Source of the DNA: Daphnia carinata
Lineage: Eukaryota
Assembly (NCBI RefSeq): GCF_022539665.2
Contig: NC_081331.1
Location: 6,696,001 to 6,760,000 of the forward strand
Length of the DNA: 64,000 nt
Direction: 5' to 3'
In this document: positions 24,424 to 37,571 of the stretch, in pieces
Position numbering within the stretch: the stretch's first letter is position 1
How the letters are laid out: the number at the start of each line of letters is the position of its first letter
Program-made: the position numbers and the translations under genes
Notes under the pieces: model-generated
Seen by the model: only the letters and a program-made list of their open reading frames with translations
The model's database searches: none
Told to the model about the DNA's origin: nothing

Positions 24424-24492
24424 TTCCTCAGTCTCAATAAATCAGTTTTTGCTACCAGTGTTAAGTCTAGGGTAATTGATGCATCAGAGGAA
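24424..24492 (-). ncRNA. C/D snoRNA, SNORD57/U57-like (18S Am99 equivalent)
   Basis: TTCCT/AGGAA terminal stem, degenerate C box CTGATGC, D box CTGA. Guide AACTGATTTATTGAG pairs with 18S CTCA(T/A)TAAATCAGTT; D+5 is the A of CUCA. Confidence 0.8.
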
Positions 24493-24648
24493 AACAAATT
24501 GGTAATAGTAGTAAGTGTACTAACCCATGGCTAAATGGAAGGATTCCAAGAACTTGATCTTGCAGATCAATGAGTACCAAATATGACCTGCTAATGAGAA
24601 AGAACAATGTACATCTACATAGGAACACTAAATCTTTCTACCAAAATG

Positions 24649-24727
24649 CCAAATCAGTAGTCACCAAATTTTTTATATCATAATATTCATTGGCCTGGAC
24701 ACTTAAATAATTTTGTCATCATCTAAC
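24649..24727 (-). ncRNA. C/D snoRNA; D' guide tentatively to 18S GGCCCGGACAC (Cm1272/SNORD66-like), D guide unassigned
   Basis: Perfect C box ATGATGA, D' ATGA, D CTGA. Guide GTGTCCAGGCC has one mismatch to the canonical 18S site. Confidence 0.7.
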
Positions 24728-24889
24728 AAACAATTGAGTTCAAACTAAACTTTGCATACCTTGGTTAAAAATCCCAGATAATGAACATGGAGCACAAATC
24801 AGCTTTCATCCTAGAGAAAATTTCAGCATTTAAGACAAGACAAAACCAACAAGAAAAAATGTCTACTCAAGACCTATGTCTAATAACAT

Positions 24890-24974
24890 AGGTTCAGATC
24901 CATGCATGTCTAATAATTTGATTGAATTCATTAGGCAACTTTGTTGCAATTCATAGAGAATGATCATCACAAGT
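24890..24974 (-). ncRNA. C/D snoRNA with a 14-nt guide to the 18S 5' region
   Basis: C box GTGATGA, D box CTGA. Guide TTAGACATGCATGG is complementary to 18S CCATGCATGTCTAA. Confidence 0.8.
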
Positions 24975-25120
24975 GATATGGAGAAAAACTGCAATAAAAC
25001 ACAACTCACCTAATCGTTTCCAACATCATGGAAGATTGCAATAACTCCACCAACCCTGTAAATTAATAGAAGGATCAGCAAAAGAAAAAGCTAACTGGAA
25101 AGATCAATTTTCCTAAATTA

Positions 25121-25184
25121 CATTTCAGTTAAAAACATATTCCTCAAAGTTATCAGTACAGGTCTGTGTAAATCATCACTCAGG
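25121..25184 (-). ncRNA. C/D snoRNA, SNORD25/U25-like (18S Gm1490, yeast Gm1428 equivalent)
   Basis: C box GTGATGA, D' CTGA, D CTGA. D' guide CACAGACCTGT is complementary to 18S ACAGGTCTGTG; D'+5 is the G of ACAG. Confidence 0.85.
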
Positions 25185-27454
25185 AACCATAGTTAAAGGA
25201 AACATGAAGTTCTTAATACCTTTATTCTTCAAATTGGAGCACGAGCAGAGCTAGAAAGGCATTTCCAGGTTCTTTACTGATTTGTTTCACCTACAAATAA
25301 CAGATAAATTATACTCTACCATATTTTGACTGGTTTCTTTTTTTTAATTTACAGCCCTCAAACTGATAAACAAAAACCTTTTGCCGACTGCCACAAAGAA
25401 GCATATTATGGGAGCAAGTAACGATAGCAAGCTATAACTGAATTACAAGAATCAACGCCATAAAAATATTGAAGAAGAATTTAAATTAATGCAACTTACA
25501 TTCCAATTTTTGAGAACCGCGTGGTCTATGCTTCGAATGAGCAGCATACACTCGTATCTTAGCATGCATCCTTGAGAACAGCTTGGCGGAAGTGACATAC
25601 ATAAAACGATGGATGATGCTTAAATAGGTTTTACCCCTAAGAAAATGGCGAAAACCAACGCTGCCAAGCCGTCACCGTATTTTCTTTAAAATGTTCTGGA
25701 CTTTGGGATTTCTCCGTGAGTCTTTGATCCTTGTCTCTTTCCACTAATATAATAAAAAAAAATTTAAATTGTAATTGAAAATGATTCGTCTAACAGTCGA
25801 ATTCAACTAATGTAGGATCTGTATTGTTATAGCTAAGAGCTTAGACTAGCTTTTTGTACAGGCTTTTTCAGCAACGCCACCTGGTGGATGGAGCTCGCTT
25901 CTAAGACTACAGTGGAACAGATCAATGCTTTGTAGCAATATGATTTATTCTTTAAAAAAATATATTAAAAAATTAATGTTTTAAGACTATATCAGCAAAT
26001 CATTTAGGAGATAAACGGTGAAACCATGTTTTAAAAAGAAGTTTTTTTTTGTATTCCCTACTGCGTGCGGCGTTTAGCACTTTACTTTTTCGGGCCTTGT
26101 CTGGCCTTGTGGTGTAAACATCTCGATTTCATTTGAAATTTCAAAAATCAATCTAAGTTTGTGAGCATTTTCGTTCCATAAAGTAATTAAGGGAAAAGTT
26201 CACCTTCTTTTTATGTGTAGTTTTCTAAGGAATTTGCTTTTGTTCTCTTGAACAACCTTTTTACATTTATTGCTCAAAATTTCAACCTTCTCCCCCCCCC
26301 CCCCCACCCCCGCGGTTACTGTATAAAGCAAATCGTCCACAGATAAAAAAAAAACTTCATTCGTTGATGTGCACGGAGCAGAACTACGAAAACACTTTTC
26401 TGAATAAAATATTTTGAATAAATATATCACAAAAGGCTTACAAACCTACTCCACTGCCTTTGGCATCCTCATAACAGTATCGCCTAAAAATTTGTCTTTT
26501 CGACGGCTTACCCAATCCGTTAGCATCCCAAGAACGATGATTTGCGCTTTCAGCATGTCCATTACATTGATGATATAAGTCCATGTATTTGGAGACACCG
26601 ATACAAAAGAAGAAAAAAAATAATAATAGGGAGCAAAAACGAAATGGATGAAAATAGAATGAGGTGATGTTGAAATACAATAGAAGGAAAGGGCAAATAA
26701 CAATATAAGCAGGAACAATCGTGACCAGCTACCAACAGACAGCCACTACATAATTGCAATTGAATCATTTCTTTGGCAGGTAAACGGCCGGTTCAATACA
26801 ATTTAAATTTAACAGACAGGTGGCTATAAATTTATAGGCCAATCACACCTTTTTTTCATTCTCCTTCAAAAGCACCTTTGATGATTGTGCGCCAATCATT
26901 ATTTACTGGAGAATTAAAGAACAATTGCGATATACAGCTAAGTCTTATATGAACAGGTGACTAAACTGCACAAAATTTTAAAACCAGGTAAGAAAATCAA
27001 GAATAGATTGTCTTCTACTATTATCACTTACGAACATTTAAATAGGACATTCAGTCGCTCCTGCCGGTAAAACTTAAAAGTATGGTTAGACGTCTACAAT
27101 GCTTCAAATCATGGTAATTCATTGTACGTAATTGTCTACTCAGACTTTCGGTTTTGAGGATCCAAACAAACGGATAATTATGGTTGTCGTTATTCCCATA
27201 CGTTAAAACCTCGGCAATTTTACAGCACTCTTGCGATCAAATGTTTCAATCCTGAAAATATATCAGGATAGCTTTGGCGCTTTTAAATATGTTATATTGG
27301 TAGTATTTTTTTTTCCTTTTGGTCCGGAACATAGAAATTTTGAAACGCCGAGGGGTATTTCAACGAAATTTCGGAAATAACATCAACTTTAACATACATA
27401 TATCAATATATGGGGATTTATATTTCTAAATTTGTGTCACAAAAGGATTTTAAT

Positions 27455-30400
27455 TCAGCAGTGGGGTTTGCACATAGGTCCTATTGATAACGCAGCATCG
27501 AATACGTCATCAGCGACCACTGATGTCGCACGCTCGCTTTCTCGACTAATGCTCATATAGTCCTATGAGAAAATTGGGTTCTATTATTTAGTTGTCCGGT
27601 TCTTATGAACGCAAAAAAAATGAGCCACATTTTGATAATGAAAATACCTTCGCTCTTTCCTCCTCAAAGCGTTTTTGTAGTTCTTCATACTGTCTTCGTA
27701 GTTCTTTTTCTTTTTTTTCAAACTGCTGTTCCAATCGTTCGTGTTCCACAACGCCTTTACGAACAATTTCTTCGCGTTTTTCACGCTTCATTCTAATTAT
27801 TTTTAAATGAAAGATGTAAAACAAATTCTATGAAAAATTTGAAAGGCTCTGAAAAGAAAGCCGTACCTATCAAGCTCGTCTTTATCCTTGTGACGTTTAT
27901 TTAAACTTTTGAATTCACGGCTAACTTGGGCGTGAATAGATTTTGTAGCTCCACCAACTTGGGAATCGTGTTGCTCCTTCAGTAACTTCAACTGCTTTTC
28001 TTTCGACGCGGCAATGCACTTTTCTAGTGTAGTATAAATCTAAAAGAAAAATATTGAAAATTCATACACACATACAAAAGGCGAATTAGAACTGACTGCT
28101 GACAAACTGTCACAATCACTCTCCTACTTACGATTTCATGATAGTGCTTTCTCATATTGGCCTTTTCTTCGTTGAATTTCTGCAAAATAGGCGGAAGCCT
28201 TTGAGCGAGCAGACATTCTGCTGATTCAGAAGACGACCTCACACTCGTGGGTTCTTTATTCCTGTTAAAAGTATGTAGTGTCAAAATATATTTCACTTTC
28301 ACTTATTAAAAAAAAGGAAAAAGTATACTTACAAATTCTTACTAGAAATACGCTTAATAAGCCGGCTAGAGGTTTTTGTGACTTTGGATTTGGTAACTAT
28401 GCCCAATTCCTCTTCAAGTTTTGTCTTTTCCTTTTCAAATTCCTTTTGTAGGTCGTCTAATTTCTTATTCAACTTGTCACGTTGTTTTTTAACATGTTTG
28501 TTCTCAACCAACTTCTCGAACGTTTCGGCTACAACCACGGGCTCAGATTCCATGTCTGACAAACCCGGACTGGACGGACCCAAACCTGAGATGTCTCGGA
28601 ATTCGGGTCGAAGAATACTGTTTGCTTTCAATTTTGTTGAATCTTGGCGCTCTTTTAAATTATTAGAACGGATAAGAATAAACGCGTTAAATGTGGACGA
28701 ATTTAGCTGACAAGTTCGAAATGGCATTGATATTACTTGTAGGAATATTGTCTGCAACAGTGGATACTAGCATATCGCCTTCTAATGAAGGTTGTTGGTG
28801 AGCGCGAACTTTGGTATCCACGTCTTTGTCCTCTGCATCTTTTTCACTCGTTAGTTTACTATCAACCTCGTACTGTAATGAAAACAAGTGAAACGTAAAA
28901 ATACGATTAGAGGATAAATATTATGGAAATTATTTGGCATTTAAAACAAATATTACTTCAAGGGTATCTTCCATTTCCCCGGTTAAAATACTGAGTTGCT
29001 TGGAACGCTTTTCCAATTCAGACTGATACTTGATCGGATTTGCTAATGCATTGGCAAAGTCTGACAAACCATCTGGAATATAGTCTATCATAATAAACAA
29101 AGGGTTTTTCCCATCAATTAGTTTCGTTTTTAAGATGACGCAAATAGTGAAATCACCAACCTTTGACCATAATATTGACAAAGAGAGTGGCCAAGTTCAA
29201 CGGTTGTCCCCCATCATTTCGCAAACCCAAATGTCGGTAGCCAGGACACAGCCCTGTCACTGGAAGCACTCGATGGCCTAGGAGTCGTCCAGAATCTTCA
29301 TAAACTGCAATTCTCAGGCAAGCTAAATCCGGCAAAACCACCTAAACAAAAACGGATATAATGTATGAAGACACCTACTATGAAGGGACTTCACATTTCT
29401 AAAATTACTTTGTTGAAAACGAAAGGCTCTTGGTCGTAAATGGGATTGATGCCGTTGTTCAGTACGGTTTTGGTACGGAAACGCTTCCGGACAGTGTCAG
29501 CCGGCAGTCCAAACATGTCCACCTCAACATACGTCGAAACTCTTTTGTCGGACAAAAACTGGCCAGATATTACCTAAACGTTGTTTTGTTGCAAAGGATA
29601 AAAATCAATATCGTTTTTTTTCTTATATGCTACGAAATGCGCATACTTGCACCGAGACTTTTCCAGCAATAATACCGTCGACAGTAGACTCGGCAAAAGG
29701 ATCAAACTTACGATCCATTCTGCGCATAAATTGCGGCTTCAACAAATATCCCGTCCGTCCATTCATTTCGAAAATACCGAGATTTAGCTGCATGGCCAAG
29801 TCTATACGTACCACGAATTTTAGGCAAAAGGAAAAAAGAACTTCATTACAGATAATTCCTGATAACAGTTATGATGGGCTATAAGTACCTAGCGTTTGGA
29901 AGTTTAGTGCTACTAGCTGGCAACCGGCGTTCCAGAAAACGTGTGGCATGAAGTTAGACGAATCGACGCGGGTCCCCCGCGGATAAACACGGCTCATCTG
30001 TCGCTTGTTGTAGTTGACGAACTCGATCGGATGCTCTTTGAGGAGGGCGGTCGACTGAGTTTCGACAAACGACGACATTTCGTAGCTACGGTTACGGCCT
30101 GGAAATCAATGCGAGTAATAAAAAAAAAGAAAAGATATCTAAGCGAGTGGCTGCCTCAGATTAGTCGTGGATGACGTACGTTCAGCATGCTCGAACGAAT
30201 GGAAGTGGATTGGTTGAACATAGTTGACCAGGGCAGATATCTCGGCTCCGGCCTCCGTTTCCTTGCCAGCTGTACCCTTATCCTTCTGTGCTTTCTCTCT
30301 AAGCCTGATTTCCTCCGGGCTGAGATTGGACAGCGTCGATGATTCATCTTCGTCGTCACTCTCGCTGCCCAATTCAATTTCTTCGGCCGCTGCAATTGGA

Positions 30401-33400
30401 GATGATAAAAAGACAGGAAAGAGCTGGGCGTTAGTGAACTCGTTCCTGACGAAGCCGTTCTCTCGATCCTCATCAAGATCACCATGAATGATTGCATCCT
30501 CCTCCTCGGTGATGCTTTCTTTGCTTTCTTCTTTCTCCAGCCGAGGTCGGGGGATTTCGCCGTTGCCTTGCGGCGGCAAAGTGCTGCCACTGACAGATCC
30601 AATCGGTGCGGCCGCAGCCGACGCGCCCGCTGTCGCTCCTTTGTCTACGTCTTTGGGAGCTCGATGATGTTGATGCTTCTTTTTATTCTTGATGATTATC
30701 TTGCGTTTCAACTGGGCGGGCGACGGAAGAGGCACTCCGGGCTCCAACTTCAAAGGAACATAAGAAAAAATTGTGAGGATCATGAAATCCACATTTTGCG
30801 AAGTTCAATACACAAGTACAAAGCTGTATTTTCCCCCCTCTGTTTTGGTAACGCTATACTCGAATAAGTTACAACACATGGTGCAGTGTAGTAAAAGAAC
30901 CACAGTACTAAATTCTCATACTTTCTTCTTAAGCTTTCAACTAGATGAAAAACTCGTTCTCATGCAGATGTTGATGAGCTTAGTATAGGTTAAGATCCAT
31001 TATTTAAAACATGGATCCAAAAGCCGAGCATTTTTCATATCGAAAACGAGCCCCCCCCCTCAAAAGGCAACTAAGCACATCTGAAGGTATCTGAAAGAAC
31101 GTGTTAGACTTAGGCTAAGGATTCTAATTGATCCCATTCCTCTATTTTCGTTCTTTGGAAGAGCGCTACTTAGCAAAGTTCCATCAAGGAATTTTCCTCC
31201 CAATCCCATTTTCTCGCCCGATTTCCTTCCGACGTCTCCTCAAAATAATTGAACATTCAATGGAAGCGTTAAACAATTCAAAAGCGACGAGTCGTATGTT
31301 CCGATATTCAGAAGAAGTGAACATACCCCAAGGCTGTGGAACTACATACAATTCATCCAGCGAAATCGTTCTAGGTTTCTGCTGAAAATAACTAGGATTG
31401 CTTCCCTACGATAAAAAGAAATAGGAGTATTCGAACATTTTCTTTGGGCGGGGAAAGGGAATAATGATACAACAAAATCATGAGAAACGTCATTAACCAT
31501 TGCGGTCAAAACCCTTCTCACATATGGTAGACCCACATTCCAAGATGAAAGTTCTGAGAACCTCAGACAACGTTTCACCTACAATGAAGAGACAAATTAA
31601 TAACCTATGGTCGAAATGGAAAGGATTTAGGCTAGATATCGATTTCTCCCAAAGGCGGGCTTGCCCGTGACCTCAATCAAACTATCAGCGACTAGAAATC
31701 CAACGCAACCGTCGATCAGAAATGAAAGAAGGGGAAGGATAACGAGGCTCGTTCTACGAAGTTAATTAATAAGAAGGTATACTAAGCAGGGGAACGATCA
31801 GACTAAAATCAGTGCAGATCCGGTTGCAGTTATCACTCACGCACGCTTACGAACTAATCACAGGATCTCAAGAGCATTCTAATTATTTCTTAGGCTTAAA
31901 AAAGGTCGAAAGCATTTGATCACGGACGCTTTATCGAGGAGATCGGGGGTATGCTTGCACGGCGTTATAGTTCCTCAACTGATTTAATTCAAGTAAACGC
32001 TCGACATGTTCAGTGCGAAACCTATTTCGTGCATCATGAAGCGAATGAATAAATCAACAAGACTAAAACAGTCGCAAACGTTATGTAATATGTATAGACG
32101 AGGCAACTATAGCGACCGTACAGCAAAGGTGGGAAGCCTGTGCACGCTTATCGATCGACAGTTGTGTGATCGGGAATTCAACAACTGACGCACCAAAATC
32201 TACAACCGAGGCAGAGATGGGTCGTTATATGTTATCATCTATTCTATATCCGCTTTGATTTCACCATCGAAAAGACCAGGTTTATTTCGTCTTGCCTATT
32301 GTCGATACGAACTGGACAGATCAATCGTGCCTTGAATTGAATTGCTGATTCCAGTTGTTCGTTCGTCGACGGACAACTGGGCAGAAAACATGTATCAGCG
32401 TTTGTTGGAGCGCACACAGCTGTTTCTCAAACGAAGAGGGACTACACGGACTAGTTCTGTTTGCTTTTGCCCTATCCAGGCGATTGTTTGCTTTTGCTCC
32501 CGCCCTAAGTTGGCCACACGATGGCAACACACACTGATTCATTTCTCAACCAATAATCCCGTTCTCGTTTTACAATTTTTTTCCCCCTTGGCCTTTTAAT
32601 ACCCTGTATAATGTTTCTCTTTGCTTTTCCAAGCGATCCTCAGCGCCGAGTCACGTAGGGAAAGGCCGATGACGTCAGAGAATTCAGGATTCACGCAACT
32701 AGGAAAGTGAGTCAAAAGCGGAATAAAAGGAACGAAGACAGGAAGCGGGAGACGGGATGGATCGGGCGAAGAGATGATGAAAAGGGAGGGAGGAATGATA
32801 GGCGGAGACGAAGAGACGAGCTAGCTTATGAAAAACGCTTCTCGCGCCTCAATATTGATCGCGCGAGGAAGAAGTGCAATTGAGATAGAAGATACTCCCA
32901 ATTTGAAAGGCCGAATCGTACATTTTTTCAGAATTGGTTCTCGGTTACAACTATAGGCTTCTTGTATCATCTACGCATTGTGGTTTAAGTAAACAAACCA
33001 CAAATTTCACCGCAAATGCAAAACCGAGACACAATGAGAAGAAACATGAAAATCGGTCAACGAAACCAACACATAGACGATCACCCGCATTCAGCTTTCT
33101 CTTCACGTTAATCATTTTCGACAACCCAGACATAGAAAACATCTGTTCATAATAAAATTAAACTACGCGAATAAACTTAAACAAAAAAGATTAAAATGCA
33201 GTACGGCTTCCACTGATATGATAGCTAAGCAGTTCAGAATAATAAATTCAAAAAGAAAAGAAAATATGAATAATTAATTCACTTACAGGATGGCTCTCCA
33301 AAGCTTGATCCAGCATCATTTCCCCGAAGTATTCGCGGCAGTATTGTGCTATTTTCGCCTGCTGTTTGGGGTTGCAATGATTCTCAAAGGAAAGAATCAC

Positions 33401-35886
33401 CGGGTATTCCGATGTCTTGAAAGCACTCTCGGCAATAGCTTCGATGACGTCCTGTTTGAAACATCAAAAACAAGGTATGCGATTAACGTATAAAATGCAT
33501 TGTCAGCTTTTCTTTTGTTTAACTTGCACACAGTAATTGAGAGTGTGTCTGATATGGACTGTGACTTTTTTTCCGAAATTCTATTAAGTAATGAAATCGG
33601 ATATTACTTTAGCCGGCACTTCGGGAACAAGGGTGTATCCGTGGTAGATGATGGGATCTTCGTTCTTGCCATTCCAGAAATCTAGTTCCACGCAGCGACA
33701 TCCGCCCAGTAATGTTTGTCGGTAAATTTCTACCGACGATTTTCCGGTGAACTGGTGTCCTGTTGGCACAACAGTTGTGGGTTTACATCTGCCATAAACT
33801 CAGCAAAAAATTATAATCAGGTCGTGTTACTTACCAGTCAAGTACGTGTTGTGAGACGAGTTGACGAAATAGTGGCAAAGGGGCTGTTCCATGTCGTGAC
33901 TGAGATCAAACTTGTCGGCCGACACGATCGAGTTATCCTCGCTCAAAAGGAAGCGCAAAAATCCTTCAGCACTTAACATTCCTATTGCAGTAATGAAGTT
34001 AAAAACGGGGCAGTTAGACGAAATGCGGTCTTTAGAAAGGTCGTTGACGGAAATACCTTTGGGTGTGTTTGGGGAATCAGGTTCATACTGGTGAAAAAGG
34101 TCTCTGGCCCGATCAGGATTGGCATACGGATAGAGGATCTCGTTGAGTCGGGGATCACGCTGGTAGCTGTTAAGAAACTCTACGAATTTTTCTACGGTGA
34201 TGTGCGACTTTGTACCGAACCTATTAATGCAACATCTGTGTTCAAATTCCTAACGACAAGCTTTCAATCTTACAGCACTTACAATTCTTCGAATATTCGC
34301 TCAACTTCCTGTCTTCCTGTCAACTTCTTATAGAATCCGTAAAAATCGTCGAAACCAAATTGCGACAGGGAAATTGCATCATCCTACATTAAAAAAATAA
34401 TAATAATAAATAATGCTTCTTTTAGTTACACATTTTAATAAAATTTAAATAAGTAACGTTACTTTTCCACTAGCCAGCCCCGTAGATTCAATAAACGCCT
34501 TTTCAACTCGCCGTCGATCGTCTCTGTGTTGGGCAAAAGTTCGAACGATGCTGGCATAAAAAAAAGACAAGGAACGTAAACAATGAAAATATATGATGCT
34601 AGGAAAAGGCAGAGGAAAAAGTTAAAATTGTACAAGGAAAACAAAATAAATAAAAAGAAAGAAAGATAAGAAAAAGAGAATGGTGCGCGCGTTGGCGAGT
34701 GTAAAGGTAAAAAAACAAAACAAAAACCAAATCGATTACTTTTTGACGGCAATTCTTCCTCCTTTATCGGCCTGAAGGGTAAGCCGGACGTGGGCTTTTC
34801 GCAGGAAATAGTGCACGGAGCCATTCAGAGCCAGTAGATTGTTGGCCATTTTCAATATATCATCAGTCCATTGCTAAGGGTAGGAAGAAATAAAGTTAAC
34901 AAATAGCAAGGCGCTAGCCAAAAGCTTACAAACGAAATTAGTAACTCAAATATTTATAATTTGCTTTTGCCATAGATTTATGGGCAGGGAAGATGGCTAT
35001 GGTGCAAGAGTTATCATCCTAATTTACTACCAGTTGAGCTTAAACACATATTGCTACGGATAGTTATACTTTCGACTGTTTAAATGATGGAATAACGAGA
35101 GGGGTAACTAACCACAAGTATCTACATGTGGCAATAAAAAAACAAATAAGTAAATACTTTCAAGAATCTCCTAACACCCGTCAATCTTGAATCAAGGAAA
35201 AACATCGTTGGTTTCATCAAACTATTTCATTGCTTATAGATGGCGATTTACGGCAGTTCCGAACAATCAAATTATCCTACTATTATTCAGTTTGAGAACA
35301 AGCAACAAACAAGGAATAACCACACAAATTCCCCATGATATAGGTAGTTGTTTTGCATACCTTGGCAGTCTCTTTCTTTGAGGTGCAGAAGTTGTAGAAA
35401 GAAACATTGACAAAATCAGGCCCATATGCTACTGTTAGTGTTTTATCTTCCAGGGAGTCCTGACTTGCTCCCATAGTGACCTGATCACGCATTTTGGAAT
35501 CTTTGGGGACCTTGGCATAATGCCCAGTTCTTGTGTCCCGGATTGTGCACATGTCCAAGATTTGAGTCTCCTATATTTGCGAAAAAGATACAATTCAACC
35601 CCAAGACATAAGCAATATTCACTAAAAAAAAACTACAAAATTACTGTAACCTCATTCTGATCAGTCCAGTAAAGAAAGTATCCATTTGGATCTACTCTCA
35701 ATGTTACGGCTGTGACTAATGACGAATCCTACAAATATAGACGACAATCAGCTTCTGGCACCACATAGAACTGAAAATGCAATATACCTCATCCCACTTG
35801 ATAAACTTTTCACCAGCAATCATGGAAGGAGGAACAGAAACATGTTTCAGCTGAAGCACATGAACACCTGGCTTGGAATCAGCCAT
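27455..35886 (-). CDS. Plc21C: Phospholipase C-beta (Plc21C-like): PH, EF-hand, X/Y catalytic, C2 and C-terminal coiled coil; >20 exons
   Basis: Start [34 protein letters not shown]-box [42 protein letters not shown]-box [44 protein letters not shown]2 [16 protein letters not shown]; last exon DYMSIS...KPHC-stop. Confidence 0.93.
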
Positions 35887-37571
35887 TGTCCCTAGATCTT
35901 GGATTGCACTTAACAGACCAAGTTCACTGGAGCCGCCAAAATGTGTACTGCTTTTAGAAAATCATGTTGTTGTACGCTATCGCACCAATCTGAAAATCTA
36001 GGCTGAGATCACATCAAACTATTTGTGACTATGTGCACTGCACACAAAAATAACAAAATTGGGCAATCGTGTAATCTATTAAATGGAACTAGACACTATT
36101 TGCTGGCCATGCCCAGCGAAATAACGGAGCTCAACATGTCACAACTACTCTGCCCGTCTAACTGGACGGAGAATCGGCAGTATTATCAGTCAGCCAAACC
36201 TAGGTATCCTTGATACTATCAGGCCGAACAACTTTGCTCTTTGCAGGCGAGGACGGTGGGAATGATTTGCTGCCTTTTTTCCAGGCGAAAAATTTCGAGA
36301 GAGCCAATGACAGCTATTTGTGACAGTCAACGAACCCAGTACCACGTAGCGGTAAGAAAAATAATTGCTAGTAGGTCAGGTTTAGTCGGATTGTATTTCT
36401 AAGTTTTTCTGACTAGTCGTCAATATTTTTTACAAGAACAAGATGGCATGCCTCTGTATACAAACCAAAAATAACGTTTTAAGGTTATTCTTTACTGTCT
36501 AACAACATTACTTGCAAGGTTCATGATTCGCTATTCTCTTTGTTCCTTTCGGCGGTTAACGTTTGTTCAATTTGTAATGGCCAGAGATGAACAGAAATGA
36601 CAGCTATTAGGAAAAGTGCGTTTTATTTCACCAACAACGCTGATTTTTTTTTTACCATTCTCTTTTAGTTAGGGGTCTATCTTTATTACCGGGAAACCGG
36701 CATGTTACCGTAAGGTACTGGCACGACACACATAGAGGTTTCTTTCGCGCCAGTACCTTCCGGTGGTAAGTCCAGCCTCAGGTAATCGTCCCCGAGCACT
36801 TGGGATTGCTTGCGATTTTTCCACGATTGAGATTGAAGTCTATCCTTTTTTACATGAAAATGCCAGATCCAGACACAAGATGGTAGCGTCCTCCGATTCA
36901 AATTTATTTCCCCAGCAGTCTCTTACATCTCAGTGTGGTGTCTCTTTGACAGTTCTATCTAAATAACGAGTCATTGGTAATCGATATGTAAAACGGGGTT
37001 TGGGTTTCAAATTTTCAAATCTTCGTCGTAATCTTCCATTCAAACCAAAGTTGTGTTGTATACCATGTTAATTTTTACTTGCTCCTGAACTATATGCGCC
37101 GGTATTCATTTATTTAATGTATTTTTCCTATATTAAATATACAGATTCTCGGTATTTTATGTCTCCAAAATAAGTTTTCAAATTTGCCTGTATCGTTTCT
37201 TTCAGATGCCTTTATTTTGATACACTACACGAATTGTCTTTTTGGTCGTCTGCTCTAGTTATAAGCTGTCATTTAAATTGTTGTCTGTCGTCCTTACTGT
37301 GTCCCAGAACCTAAAGGCATTTGCAGAAGGCATGTGTGATGTTAAAAAAGTGACTGGTGGATAAACAACAACCAAACCGCTTTCGCTTTATTAGTTACCC
37401 ATCTGCCATTGAATGCTACCAAGTATTACCTATTATTTCAACCTAAAGTTAGTTTGCACAAGTGCTTACAGGGCACTCGGTCGAAGAAAATTTACGTTTT
37501 ATTGCCATTGTCGTGTTGTGCTAAAACGCTTACTCGGTACCCACGTGCACATAAAAAGCTAAAAACACAAA

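Larger units (their letters stand above)
23485..25800 (-). ncRNA. Multi-exon non-coding snoRNA host gene (UHG/SNHG-type); 5' end approximate
   Basis: About 10 short exons flanked by GT/AG on the minus strand with no continuous reading frame found; AATAAA at 23485-23490; six introns each hold one snoRNA roughly 45-85 nt upstream of the 3' splice site. Confidence 0.8.

Noticed and set aside
23500..25750. Small multi-exon protein-coding gene
   Set aside because: Joined exons hit stops in every frame tried; snoRNA hosting explains the structure.
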